Shown: positions 18,892 through 29,000 of the stretch, in pieces
Layout of the letters: every line of letters starts with the position of its first letter
Position numbering within the stretch: position 1 is the stretch's first letter
Source: a virus
IMG/VR virus record: IMGVR_UViG_3300006923_000018
Location: 1 to 64,000 of that record
Length of the DNA stretch: 64,000 nucleotides
Strand: one strand, 5' to 3'
Notes under the pieces: generated by a model
Seen by the model: the letters and a program-made list of their open reading frames with translations, nothing else
Told to the model about the DNA's origin: nothing
Database searches by the model: none
Position numbers and translations under genes: made by a program

Positions 18892-20832
18892 ATGAATGAA
18901 AAATCTAGTGACGTTGTGTCTGCATTTTCAGATATTAAGAGCATCAAGCCGGAAATTTGCGAATCTTCTGGTAAGCGCTATCGTGTAATCAATTGTCGTG
19001 AAGAGTTCACTTTGCCTTTGTCTATGAGAAAGTCAACTGTGTTACCTGAAGTAAAAGTTGATGTGGATGCGACGGATGCTCCTGCTGTGGCGGGTGCTCC
19101 AAGTCGTCTTGTTGAGGGTTTGGCTAGTTCTACATCTGTAGACGCTTACGGCACAGAGATGAGTCGTGAGGCGCTTTTCAAGATGAGAGATCAGTTTGAA
19201 CGAGGAGTCCCATTACTTCCTCGTCATAATAATGGTCTCAGTGGTTCAGTGGAGTGGGACCAGGTAATTGGTCGTACCATCCGTGCTGATGTTGAGCGCT
19301 CTAATGTTGCTAGGGCTGCGGAAGGCGGTGATCAACAATATGTATTACGAGTTACTTCATCTCTTTATGATGATGACGACACATCCCGTAAACTGTTAAA
19401 TCGTTTAGCTGCTGGCCAATCAATTGGTCAATCAATTGGCGGATGGTTTATGCAGGTTCGTGTAATAAGTAATGATGAAGATGAGATTGAGCGTGTCATT
19501 GTAGATGACGTGGAGTTAGATCATTTGGCAATTACTCGCGCCCCAGCCAACCCTGACTCAAGTGGTCTTTACGCTTTGCTCAGTAGACTTGATGCTGGAA
19601 TTAAGAAAGCTGAATCCGATTCAGATAAATCAGATCGCCATATTGTTTCTGTGGCCGACAACAATGAAACTGTTACTGTGGTATACAAGAAGCTAGATTC
19701 TGAAGATAATGATAATGATGAAGAGTACGGCACAAACATGTTGAGCACTGATGACGAATCACTAGAGGTTCGCGAGGTTACGAAATTCTCGGACCTACCG
19801 CTTGCGCCTGAAAATGATCGGTGGGGATGGAACACTGAGTCTCAGAATGAGATTCTTGGTCCTGATGGGGATAATTGGGATACATATAAAAAGGCGCATT
19901 TGTGGTTTGATCCCAAAGACGCTGATTCAAAATCTGGTTACAAACTTCCTATTGCCAGGATGTATGGTCCAGAGTTACGAGTTGTTTTCCGGGCTGTTAG
20001 TGCAGCCATGGCAGCGCTAAATGGAGCCCGTGGCGGCGTTGACATCCCTGATGCAGATCGCAAAGGTGTGTATAATCATTTAGTGCGTTATTATAAAGAG
20101 TTTGATAAAGAGCCCCCTGACCTTAAATCAAAAGCTGAGGCGGATGAATTGAGTAAGGTAAACGAATTTGTGGAAAGTTCTAACTTAGAGGACCAGCCTT
20201 CTGTAGAAGAAGTGGTGGATCTCAGTTCTGAAGTTTCCCAACCCGAATCTTGTACTGAAACACAAGATAATCAAGTAGAACTGGCTTCGGTTGACGCTCA
20301 AAGAAGCGCAATACCGGCCAACCCGGTAATAAACTCACATGAGGTAAATGAAATGACTGATTCTGATTTTAATAAGATTCAGGAACTTTTGTCAGCATCT
20401 GTTGGTGGGTTGGCCGAGCGGGTTAAGGATTTGGAAGCGAAGCTTTCTGCCCCAGCACCCGTTGAGCCTGCTCCAGCACCAGTTGATGACGGGGTGAATG
20501 AGAAACTAGAGCGCCGCTTGGCTCAGGCTGAGTCCATGCTTGCTAAAATTGCGGAAAACCCTGTACGTCGAGGACTTGCTAACACAGCATCTCTCCGCGC
20601 CGGACCTGGTGCAACTAGCGAGCTAGACGGCATGATCACTCGTGCTCGTGAAGGTGGTTCGTGTCCATCGCTTTGCGCTATTATGGAACGTCATAAGGAT
20701 GTTCTTGCTGAAGAAAATGGAGTAAGTAAAGTTACTTCTAGTCAGCTTCGTGATCTTCTTGCTGCTGGCCTTCGTGCTGCGGCCAATGATGGTCTAATCG
20801 GTAACTCTGGCCTAACCGCTAGCTGGGAATAA
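18892..20832 (+). CDS. prohead maturation protease with C-terminal scaffolding region
   Basis: VEGLASSTSVD, LLPRH, SIGG and LAITRAPANP (HK97-type protease); acidic linker; coiled-coil C-terminus; directly upstream of capsid. Confidence 0.8.
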   Translation: MNEKSSDVVSAFSDIKSIKPEICESSGKRYRVINCREEFTLPLSMRKSTVLPEVKVDVDATDAPAVAGAPSRLVEGLASSTSVDAYGTEMSREALFKMRDQFERGVPLLPRHNNGLSGSVEWDQVIGRTIRADVERSNVARAAEGGDQQYVLRVTSSLYDDDDTSRKLLNRLAAGQSIGQSIGGWFMQVRVISNDEDEIERVIVDDVELDHLAITRAPANPDSSGLYALLSRLDAGIKKAESDSDKSDRHIVSVADNNETVTVVYKKLDSEDNDNDEEYGTNMLSTDDESLEVREVTKFSDLPLAPENDRWGWNTESQNEILGPDGDNWDTYKKAHLWFDPKDADSKSGYKLPIARMYGPELRVVFRAVSAAMAALNGARGGVDIPDADRKGVYNHLVRYYKEFDKEPPDLKSKAEADELSKVNEFVESSNLEDQPSVEEVVDLSSEVSQPESCTETQDNQVELASVDAQRSAIPANPVINSHEVNEMTDSDFNKIQELLSASVGGLAERVKDLEAKLSAPAPVEPAPAPVDDGVNEKLERRLAQAESMLAKIAENPVRRGLANTASLRAGPGATSELDGMITRAREGGSCPSLCAIMERHKDVLAEENGVSKVTSSQLRDLLAAGLRAAANDGLIGNSGLTASWE

Positions 20833-20843
20833 GGGGCTCTAAA

Positions 20844-21842
20844 ATGACTATGAATCCAAACTGGATGGGCGCATCAGATCCCCGTCGCCGCGAAGCAATT
20901 GAGCGTGCATTGAACGTTACCAATGTTGGTTCTGTATTAATGCAGTCTTACATTAACCGAGTTGTTCAACAGCTTAGCGTTCGAGAATTTGGCGCATGGG
21001 CTACCCTGGACCATCGAACTGGCTCCGGCCTTGCTGCATATATTAACCAGCGCACCCCAGGTGCAGCCGGTGGCGTATGGGTGGCAGACACGGCGGCAGC
21101 TACAGCAGAACAGGGGACGTATGCTCAGGTAACATTCCCGTATAAGACTTTGCTGACGCAAGGTGCTGTTACTCGTAAGGCTCAGGCTGTTGGCGCATCT
21201 TATGGTGACTTGCTTGCAACCTCTATCGCTGGAAAGAGTGAGGACTTTGCCGCTAAGATGGAATCTTCCCTCATCAATGGTGACACTAATGCAACTCCTG
21301 CTGAGATCAATGGTCTTCTAACGCAGATCGATCAGGTAGGTGGACAGGTTATCGCCAATACCAGCGCGGCTGCTGGTGATGATCTAACTCTTGCCCAACT
21401 TGATGCAGCTATTGACGCTGTTCGAGGCAGCGCTTCACGGTCGGACGTTGTGATTTACGGCTCATTCCTTGGAATGCGTAAACTCAATGCCGCACTTCAG
21501 GCGCAGCAGCAGTTTTCCAATATGACGGAAATTGCGGCTGGCTTCAGAGTTCGTACATACGATGGAATCCCAATGGTTACTACCACTGGCATTAACGATG
21601 ACATGGTTTGGAGCGGAACTGCTATCACGGCTACCACCGGTGCAGGTGCAGGCGTTGAGACGACTGCTCTCATTGTCGTTAATAAGCGAGACTGCTGGAT
21701 TGAGGAGCTTACCCCTCTCACCGTCATGCCGCTTGCTAAGACTACGAGCCAAACAGAGTCTTTCGAAATGTTCTGGGACGGAGCGCTGGTTCTTGGTAAT
21801 ACTAAGGGCGCGTCAATTCTCGGTGGTCTAAGCATCGTTTAG
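20844..21842 (+). CDS. major capsid protein (HK97 fold)
   Basis: Position after protease; 332 aa; E..LINGD...EINGL, LDAAID and YDGIPMV patterns; followed by a terminator. Confidence 0.85.
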   Translation: MTMNPNWMGASDPRRREAIERALNVTNVGSVLMQSYINRVVQQLSVREFGAWATLDHRTGSGLAAYINQRTPGAAGGVWVADTAAATAEQGTYAQVTFPYKTLLTQGAVTRKAQAVGASYGDLLATSIAGKSEDFAAKMESSLINGDTNATPAEINGLLTQIDQVGGQVIANTSAAAGDDLTLAQLDAAIDAVRGSASRSDVVIYGSFLGMRKLNAALQAQQQFSNMTEIAAGFRVRTYDGIPMVTTTGINDDMVWSGTAITATTGAGAGVETTALIVVNKRDCWIEELTPLTVMPLAKTTSQTESFEMFWDGALVLGNTKGASILGGLSIV

Positions 21843-21863
21843 GCTGACAATCTTAAGAACATC

Positions 21864-21907
21864 AGCCCTCGGAGCACTTTAGGTTGCGCCGGGGGCTTTT
21901 TCTTTTT
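21864..21907 (+). terminator. intrinsic terminator after capsid gene
   Basis: AGCCCTCGG...CCGGGGGCT stem followed by TTTTCTTTTT. Confidence 0.8.
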
Positions 21908-21936
21908 ATGATATAGTGCAAAGGGAGGAACGACGT

Positions 21937-22257
21937 ATGCCTGCTGCTTTGACCGAAATTCCAGTTAATTATCGTTTTGTATTACGACGGTATGATCGCG
22001 CTCCAGAGATCCCCATGATCTTTGCCACTTATGCGGAAACAACGTATAGCCGAAACCTTAATCTAGAAGGCACCCCGGCTCCTACGATTTTCCTAAAGAC
22101 TATACCTGCTAAAGAACGTGCGCTAAAGCTTGGATGGGTGGACGTTACTAAGGAGTTCAACCTTGAACACTCGCTACCGGAAACTGTAGTGGAAACGGTA
22201 ACGGAAATCGTTGAACCAAAAGTCCGTGCTCGGCGCGGTAGACCTAAGAAAAAATAG
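21937..22257 (+). CDS. hypothetical protein
   Basis: GGAGG SD; ends in RRGRPKKK. Confidence 0.7.
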   Translation: MPAALTEIPVNYRFVLRRYDRAPEIPMIFATYAETTYSRNLNLEGTPAPTIFLKTIPAKERALKLGWVDVTKEFNLEHSLPETVVETVTEIVEPKVRARRGRPKKK

Positions 22258-22260
22258 ACT

Positions 22261-22848
22261 ATGCCAACATTTACAACCCGTCATCGTGTCCGATCACTCC
22301 TTGGCCTTGCCAGTGGTGTCACTGTTCATGATGAACTAATCGATGTTCTTGTAGATGTTGCAGATCAAATGGTATTCGATGAGATTGATTTGCCAGCCGC
22401 AAGCGGTGGCCGAGTAACTGCATTTGATGAATATATTGATATAGATCGTTACGGCGTCAATGAGTTCGCAATTACTAATATGCCATTAGTAAGTGTCGTG
22501 GCAATTACTACTGGTGGAACCAGCGGCACGCTTTTGGATTCCGATAATTATTATTCTACAGCCTGGGGCCAAGTGCGTTTAACTAACAATGAATCTTATT
22601 TTCCGGTTGGTCGCCGTAAAGTATGGATTACATATAAGGCTGGATTTGTTAATATCCCACCTGACCTTTCTCACGCAGCCACGATCATAGCAGTTCATCA
22701 TTTTAATGAAGGGCCACACGTCGGTTTTCAAAGTGAACGATTATCCACTTATAACTATAAACTCGCGAATTTAGGCAATGGTATGACAATGCCGCCAATT
22801 GCTCAGCGCATCTTGTATAAATACCGCAGGGCTTTTGCCCGGCCATAG
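22261..22848 (+). CDS. head-tail connector (gp6/gp15-like)
   Basis: HDELIDVLV, PLVSVVAI, ITYKAGF..IPPDL, SERL..YNY and IL.KYRR motifs. Confidence 0.75.
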   Translation: MPTFTTRHRVRSLLGLASGVTVHDELIDVLVDVADQMVFDEIDLPAASGGRVTAFDEYIDIDRYGVNEFAITNMPLVSVVAITTGGTSGTLLDSDNYYSTAWGQVRLTNNESYFPVGRRKVWITYKAGFVNIPPDLSHAATIIAVHHFNEGPHVGFQSERLSTYNYKLANLGNGMTMPPIAQRILYKYRRAFARP

Positions 22849-22856
22849 GAGTCATT

Positions 22857-23255
22857 GTGACACAACTAAGAAAACGCAAAAGGCCAGGCGACCGCCTAAC
22901 GGTTCATACTCCCAGCGAAATCGTACACTGTCATCTAGTAGACAATTTTATGGTGGCATCGTGCAAGTCTTCATCAGCCGTTCGAGCACTAAAGCGAAAA
23001 GGGTTTAAGGTTTTTGAAGGCGCCCCCGCGTCAAAGCCAAAGAAGGCAGCCGCTAAATCAAGTCCAAACAAAGAATTAAAGTATGGAATTGAGTTCGATA
23101 TTCTACGCGCAAGTGTTGATGACCTTTGTGATGAGTTATCATCAGGAAGCCATGACGCTCACCTTAAAAACTTGTTAGAATGCGAGAAAGGCTCGAAGGC
23201 GAGAAAGACGGCTATTGAAGCCATAGAATCGAGAATTGCAAAACTAGCCCCGTAG
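22857..23255 (+). CDS. hypothetical head-associated protein
   Basis: C-terminal LLECEK..KARKTAIEAIESR helical motif common near phage capsid genes. Confidence 0.6.
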   Translation: MTQLRKRKRPGDRLTVHTPSEIVHCHLVDNFMVASCKSSSAVRALKRKGFKVFEGAPASKPKKAAAKSSPNKELKYGIEFDILRASVDDLCDELSSGSHDAHLKNLLECEKGSKARKTAIEAIESRIAKLAP

Positions 23256-23272
23256 TGAGCATCTGATTTCTA

Positions 23273-24025
23273 TTGCCACTGATGGTTATAGAGGATTTTA
23301 ATATTATGAAAAAGCATATAGTTACTGTAATTGGTGATCACTTTTGCGTGGGTGCTCGGGATATTTGCGGATTTCCCAATCGTCTCCATGTGGAGTTCGG
23401 GAAGTCTTCCGGCCCAATGTATACAGCCGTTCTGGGGCATGGCGTGTCTGGTGGAATCCGCAAGGTGTCAGAAGAGGTGTCATCCGCCATTACAGATGCT
23501 TATTCTTATGATGCTGATGAGTATACAGCCCTGCTCTGGGTTGGTGTTGGAGATCTAAAATCAGGCGGCATCCCATTTAGCGCTTGGGAGAATATGCTAG
23601 ATCATTGCCTTTGCTCTCTCTTGGCTGCTGACATGAACGTATATGTAATCATTCATAACTGGCCTTTTGACGCTTCTTTCTTTGATAAGTCTTGGAAGAA
23701 ATGGGTTATCAAAATTAATGATATTAAAAGAAGGCTTTGTAAAAAGTACGGTATTTGGTTTATACGAGTAGACGTGGAAACAGAAGACTTTGCAGATCTT
23801 TATTCCCTTAAAGCTAAATCGTATCAATATGTCTCTCATCAAATTGCTAAAGAAGTTTGCGCCGGTTTGAAAAAACAATCCGCTTCCGAGGACAGCTTTC
23901 CAGAAGTAGTGCAGCGGCCTTCTCGTAAACGGGTTGATCCTGTTATTGAATCTAATAATAATGAGGAGCAGAACATGAACTTAGTTATTGTGGCTCCAGA
24001 TCGCGTTCGCCACGAAAGGAGATAA
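23273..24025 (+). CDS. SGNH/GDSL-hydrolase-like protein with degenerate catalytic blocks
   Basis: VTVIGDH (block I, normally GDS), WVGVGDL (block III, normally GxND), DLYSLKAKSY (block V, normally DxxH). Confidence 0.5.
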   Translation: MPLMVIEDFNIMKKHIVTVIGDHFCVGARDICGFPNRLHVEFGKSSGPMYTAVLGHGVSGGIRKVSEEVSSAITDAYSYDADEYTALLWVGVGDLKSGGIPFSAWENMLDHCLCSLLAADMNVYVIIHNWPFDASFFDKSWKKWVIKINDIKRRLCKKYGIWFIRVDVETEDFADLYSLKAKSYQYVSHQIAKEVCAGLKKQSASEDSFPEVVQRPSRKRVDPVIESNNNEEQNMNLVIVAPDRVRHERR

Positions 24026-24026
24026 A

Positions 24027-24497
24027 ATGCGTCCTTCAGTTCTAATAGTTTGTGACAGCATGGATCATGCTTTGTTCAACGACTTGGTATACAAGAAAGA
24101 CTTGTGCATTGTTGGAGAGTGCCCAAAGGAGGGCGCTCCTAAGAAGTACGGCAATACTCCAATCACACTCTTAGATCATAGTGAATTAAATAATTTTAGT
24201 TGGATGAGCGTGGTGAGCGGCAGTTCAGATGGATGCGTTAAACTCCTGAAAGATACTTCTAATCTTACTCATGTAGTAGTGGTGGTAGTGGCTGGCGTTG
24301 CTAGTCCTGCTCTTAAAAAGCTATGCGATAAGGCTCTTTTAATAGAAGTTCATCCTGGCTATTTTGGGATTGTGTCTGCTGAGAATAATACATATGCGCT
24401 AGAGGTGATTGCAGATGGAAAGTCCCCGAAGGCTCCAGCCAAGGCACCTAAACCCGCGAAGGCTCCAGAGCCTGCCCCAGCACCGCCCGCGTCATGA
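24027..24497 (+). CDS. hypothetical protein with Pro/Ala/Lys-rich tail
   Basis: AAGGAG SD before ATG 24027. Confidence 0.65.
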   Translation: MRPSVLIVCDSMDHALFNDLVYKKDLCIVGECPKEGAPKKYGNTPITLLDHSELNNFSWMSVVSGSSDGCVKLLKDTSNLTHVVVVVVAGVASPALKKLCDKALLIEVHPGYFGIVSAENNTYALEVIADGKSPKAPAKAPKPAKAPEPAPAPPAS

Positions 24498-25129
24498 TTA
24501 TAAGTAGCGCACAGCGTCGGTTTACAATCATGCGCCTAACAGCGTTTGTTTTGGATGAGATTACATCTAAGGCAACAATGAGTGCAGATCGTCAGCCTGT
24601 CCGTGAATCAATCTTTCAGGTTCGTGTTCATAGCGGCACAACCAATTCCGGCACTGTCCAAATAACCGGATTAGACATAGACGGTAACTCTATCAATGAA
24701 ACTCTTACGTTTACTACAGCTGGCTATAAGCAAACCTCTAAGCGTTATGTAAGTATTAGCGCGGACGGTATTGTAACTACTGGCCTAGCGGATGAGGCGG
24801 CAGTTCCAAATATTGCAATCAAGGCTCTTGGTCCTGATGGTTCTATTCAGAACATATCGTACATAGTAACGAAGGGCTGGCCTGCGATCATGGATAGGAG
24901 TCGTCCTTCTCGTGCTGATTGGAAGGGTGAGATCCCAGGTTCAATGGAAGAGGAGCCAGTCTTCATTATGCTTCAGTGGACTGAAAACTTCTTCCCACGC
25001 GAAGGCGATATTTTTATAGATGATGATACTGCTGAGCAGTTTATTTTAACAGGAACCCCTCTGCTAGAGGGCTACGGTAGAGTTAGTCATTATGCAATCT
25101 GGGCGCAGAGGCGTCAGGGATCTGTATAA
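24494..25129 (+). CDS. virion structural protein, possibly head-closure
   Basis: Beta-rich GTVQITGLD..G..INETLT segment; C-terminal PREGD motif resembling head-tail adaptors; neck position. Confidence 0.5.
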   Translation: MIISSAQRRFTIMRLTAFVLDEITSKATMSADRQPVRESIFQVRVHSGTTNSGTVQITGLDIDGNSINETLTFTTAGYKQTSKRYVSISADGIVTTGLADEAAVPNIAIKALGPDGSIQNISYIVTKGWPAIMDRSRPSRADWKGEIPGSMEEEPVFIMLQWTENFFPREGDIFIDDDTAEQFILTGTPLLEGYGRVSHYAIWAQRRQGSV

Positions 25130-25163
25130 ACCTTTACTTCATATTTAAATAATTGGAGGTCGT

Positions 25164-28058
25164 ATGCTTGCTATGCGCGGCAAGATTGCGAATGATAAGA
25201 AGCATGATGCGTTAGTAGTTATCCCGACTATTGGCGTTCCCGAGCCCTTCCTTGGTTTTTATAAAAACTTTATTGATTCTCTTAGTCTTAAGGCAAAGAT
25301 TGTAATTTCTATAAACCCTGTAGAGAAGTCTCATGCGGACTTGTCTATTAAGTTAATCAATTCTGTTAATCTACCTGATGGATGCTCTTTGATTATTGAG
25401 CGTGCTGACGGCCCGATAGGTTTTGGTGCGGCTATAAATGCAGGTTTGATTAGAGGAATAAAAGAGGGCGGCCTTCCCAAGTATGTCATTACGGTGAATG
25501 ATGATCTAGTGCTCGCCTCTGGCTGGGACACTGGATTGATTCGCGGTCTTGAGGCAAAGTCCTTTTGCTCTCCTGTTGAGCTTCCTGATTCAGACACCCT
25601 CCTGCGTACCAAGTACGATATTTCTCATATCAATAAGATTGGTCTTGTAGGTCCAGTTACAGATTACGCTGGAGGGATGCAGCAAGTTATAAACAGGAAA
25701 GACCTGGGCTCTAAGAGTTATGCGGACTTTGCTAAGGAGTGGTCCGAGACTCCATTTAATAAAAATGTTCTGATGAGCACTAATCTTGTAGTTGGCCTGT
25801 GTTGCGGGATGAAGCGTGCTTTTATTAAAGACATGCTTTTAGACAACGGCGAATCCTACATTGGTATTTACGATGAGGATTCATTTCCTATCGGCGGGTA
25901 CGAAGACAATGATCTTTGTGTGCGTGCTTCATTAGCTGGGTGGGGAGTTGGCCTTGCGTGGGATGTTTTTGTTGGGCACCTGGGCTCACAAACTTTGAAT
26001 CGATACTTTCCAGATCATCTTCGAGGACGCAAGAATCAGTCGAATTATTACGAGAAGTGGAAAGATATAACTTACAGAAAAGCTAAAAATAAGCTTGTAA
26101 GTGTTTACCGGATAAAGATTTCAACAGTAAACGATCTAATGATGTTGAAGCAAAGCCTGTTGCGCCATTCAGAGATTGTGGACGGTCACGCGATCCTTCT
26201 CACGAATAATCCATTAGATATTATTGATGCTGCTGATTGGGCCGCTTCTGGTGCATCTCTTGATGCTAGAGATCATCAGTTGCTTCATGATTCCAGTAAT
26301 AAGGGTGCCCCTGGTGTTGCCAAGGCATTCAGGTCTTGGGTTCTCGACATTACCAATCAAGATCCCGAGGTCAAAGTTGAGGTATGGCAAAAAGGGTTTA
26401 ATGAGCGGGATGAGCGGAACAGAGCCATCGATATTGCAGAATCCATGAGTCCAGACTGGTGCATATCTATCGATCATGACGAGATTCTAGAAGACCGAAT
26501 TACTAGAGGACACCTTGAACGGTATATGCGTCATCCTGACCCGCTGGTCTCAACTTGGGAACTGGGATGGCTGAACCATTGGGATAGTCCACGTATGTGC
26601 CGCATAGACGGTCCCTGGGGAGACAAGGGGGAGTTCAGAGGGGGGATGCGGGGGTCTAGGCTGTGGCGCGTTCTGAACGGGCAAGAATCGCGAATTCTAA
26701 GCGGGGGTGAAGATGGTCTTCATTGTGGGAATATTCCTCCCTTCTTTCCATCATCTGTTCGCAAGTCCGGTGCGCGATTTAGGCACTTTGGATATTTGAA
26801 GGCAGAAGATCGGTTTAGAAAATATCAGTTTTATCGCAAGCTAGATCCCAATCCCTCCATTTCTGAAGTCGGCGCCCACGATTATAGCCATCTAATTAAT
26901 GAAGAAAAAATGATGATGCGTGTCTACAATCCAACAAACGGTATTGGGCTCCATATGCTAGTATATGAGAAAGAGGAGCCCACCAATATCGCGGCACTCC
27001 TCAACGAGTTGCACGGGATGATGGACCAGATTGTACTGGTGTGGACTGGAGAATGGAATGATGAGGACAAATTTTGGTCTGTTGCTGGGCTCGACGCCCC
27101 ATCCATAGAGGCATGGCCCGCAACGGGACCAAGCCGGGAGTTGGCTCATTACGCGCAAGCACATAACGCTGCCATTATTCATCATCCTCTCGAAAATAAT
27201 ATCGCGCAAGCACGGAATGCTGGCATCAATTACTTAAATCAATTTCATAAAAATGGACTCGGATGGGCTTTATTTCTAGATCCCGATGAGACCTTTTTAG
27301 ATATGCACGATACTGTTACAGCTATGCGCGAGATGGCCCTATCTACTGATGCGTGGGGGTGGCTCTTTAAGTATAGAAATCTTCTACCGGGTGGCGGATC
27401 TTCATCTTCTGAAAGTGTACGCATGGTCAAGCTGGATTCAGCCAAGATTATGCAGATGAACGGAAGAGTTCATGAATCATTTGGGCATTCAATTAAGCGT
27501 CTTCAAGATCTGGGCATTCACCCATCCTTCCAATACGCGCCGTTCTATTCAATCAATGATGGATTAAATCGGACACCAGAACAGAACGCGGCAAAGGTAA
27601 ATCTTTATCGTGGTCTACTGATTGAGGAGCTTGAAGCTAATCCGCTTCAGCCTGGTCCGTGGGTTTCACTGGGACTGCAATACAATAATGACGGAAACCC
27701 CGAAATGGCTAAAGAGTGTTACGAGCGAGCGGTCATTTGCGCCGGGACCAGCTTTTTGCCATTTATGGAGTTGGCACTTTATCATCTTCGTGTTGGGAAA
27801 TCATTACTGAAAGAGGTAGTAACTCGCACAGTAAGTCATCACGATGCCCACAATATTGCTGTGAAGGGCATTGAGATTTTAGACAAGCTGGCCCCAGGGC
27901 AACCCTATATAGAAACTGGTGGCCCTATTGCAAAGGATGCGCTGCTTCCTGATTTTCCATTCAGTGAGTTGATCGATAATATCGAAGAGTCTCAAAACAA
28001 CTCGATAAACGAGAGCGAATCCTTTACCATAGAGGAAGGGGCCGGGCTCCGCGTATGA
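25164..28058 (+). CDS. multidomain glycosyltransferase (three GT2/GT-A domains + TPR)
   Basis: Domain 1: VVIPT, GFGAAINAG, NDD, GGYEDNDLC. Domain 2: ERDERN, WCISIDHDE, HFGY. Domain 3: AQARNAG, WALFLDPDE, GRVHE. TPR-like helices near the C-terminus. Confidence 0.85.
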   Translation: MLAMRGKIANDKKHDALVVIPTIGVPEPFLGFYKNFIDSLSLKAKIVISINPVEKSHADLSIKLINSVNLPDGCSLIIERADGPIGFGAAINAGLIRGIKEGGLPKYVITVNDDLVLASGWDTGLIRGLEAKSFCSPVELPDSDTLLRTKYDISHINKIGLVGPVTDYAGGMQQVINRKDLGSKSYADFAKEWSETPFNKNVLMSTNLVVGLCCGMKRAFIKDMLLDNGESYIGIYDEDSFPIGGYEDNDLCVRASLAGWGVGLAWDVFVGHLGSQTLNRYFPDHLRGRKNQSNYYEKWKDITYRKAKNKLVSVYRIKISTVNDLMMLKQSLLRHSEIVDGHAILLTNNPLDIIDAADWAASGASLDARDHQLLHDSSNKGAPGVAKAFRSWVLDITNQDPEVKVEVWQKGFNERDERNRAIDIAESMSPDWCISIDHDEILEDRITRGHLERYMRHPDPLVSTWELGWLNHWDSPRMCRIDGPWGDKGEFRGGMRGSRLWRVLNGQESRILSGGEDGLHCGNIPPFFPSSVRKSGARFRHFGYLKAEDRFRKYQFYRKLDPNPSISEVGAHDYSHLINEEKMMMRVYNPTNGIGLHMLVYEKEEPTNIAALLNELHGMMDQIVLVWTGEWNDEDKFWSVAGLDAPSIEAWPATGPSRELAHYAQAHNAAIIHHPLENNIAQARNAGINYLNQFHKNGLGWALFLDPDETFLDMHDTVTAMREMALSTDAWGWLFKYRNLLPGGGSSSSESVRMVKLDSAKIMQMNGRVHESFGHSIKRLQDLGIHPSFQYAPFYSINDGLNRTPEQNAAKVNLYRGLLIEELEANPLQPGPWVSLGLQYNNDGNPEMAKECYERAVICAGTSFLPFMELALYHLRVGKSLLKEVVTRTVSHHDAHNIAVKGIEILDKLAPGQPYIETGGPIAKDALLPDFPFSELIDNIEESQNNSINESESFTIEEGAGLRV

Positions 28059-28065
28059 GGTAGTT

Positions 28066-28578
28066 ATGTCGATGTCAGTGGATGCCGGTAGTCTAAAGGT
28101 CATAATCTTTAGACTAGACGGCAAGAAGCGCGGCATTAAAAAGGCAAGCCTAATTGCTCTAGAGCGAATGGGTAAGATTCTCCATGCGCGTATTCTAGAG
28201 AATATGTCATACAAGGATCATTCATTATCTGATTTAGCCAGGTTAGATCATCCTTATGCAAAGCAACGTTATGGTGGAATTCAAATCCATAAGCAGAAGC
28301 CCTACGTCGTTCATCAGCAGGGAACACACAACAGCCTAAATCTGAACACTGCTCTTACTGGAAAGTTAATTAAAAGCCGGTATACATATGAGATTAAACT
28401 AGACCACAAGAAAGCCCCATATGCAAAATGGGTTATTTATGGAACTAAGGTAATGTTCGGGCGTAGTGTATTATGGCAAACCGGCGCTGAGAAATCTACT
28501 AGGCGAAAAATGATGAAGGAAGCCATTAAGGTTGTTGGTGCAGAGACAAGATTAAAAGCTGGCATTCGGTTCATATAG
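28066..28578 (+). CDS. neck protein, HK97 gp10-like
   Basis: APYAKWVIYGTKVM..R motif; basic; position. Confidence 0.7.
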   Translation: MSMSVDAGSLKVIIFRLDGKKRGIKKASLIALERMGKILHARILENMSYKDHSLSDLARLDHPYAKQRYGGIQIHKQKPYVVHQQGTHNSLNLNTALTGKLIKSRYTYEIKLDHKKAPYAKWVIYGTKVMFGRSVLWQTGAEKSTRRKMMKEAIKVVGAETRLKAGIRFI

Positions 28579-28586
28579 GAGGACTT

Positions 28587-29000
28587 TTGGCAAATTCAAT
28601 GTTGGACATCTTGCAGATTATACGCGGTCTGCTTTTTGCTGATAGCACCATTACTGGAATGGTTGGTGATGCGATCTATACTTCTCATATTCTTGATGCT
28701 GATGCTGGAACGGCGCCTCTCCCTGCGTATATTATTTCTCTTGATAATGGTACATCAATGTATAATGGACAGGTTCAGTTTCAGGATATTGAGGCTTACG
28801 GTTATTCGCGCATAAGTGCAGCCGAAGCCATGTCCGTTTATCAGGCTGGGTATAATGTTCTCCAGGCTAGTCGTCTCACGCTGGATAATGTTTCAGCCAA
28901 GGGATATATCTACGAAATCAATCGTCCCGATTCAGGTTATAACGATCGGATTAAAGCATGGTTTGTCCGTGGTCGATTCCATGCAGTAACGGCAGGATAA
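28587..29000 (+). CDS. tail terminator / tail completion protein
   Basis: L.AD..IT.MVG.AIY...PLPAYII pattern; size and position. Confidence 0.7.
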   Translation: MANSMLDILQIIRGLLFADSTITGMVGDAIYTSHILDADAGTAPLPAYIISLDNGTSMYNGQVQFQDIEAYGYSRISAAEAMSVYQAGYNVLQASRLTLDNVSAKGYIYEINRPDSGYNDRIKAWFVRGRFHAVTAG

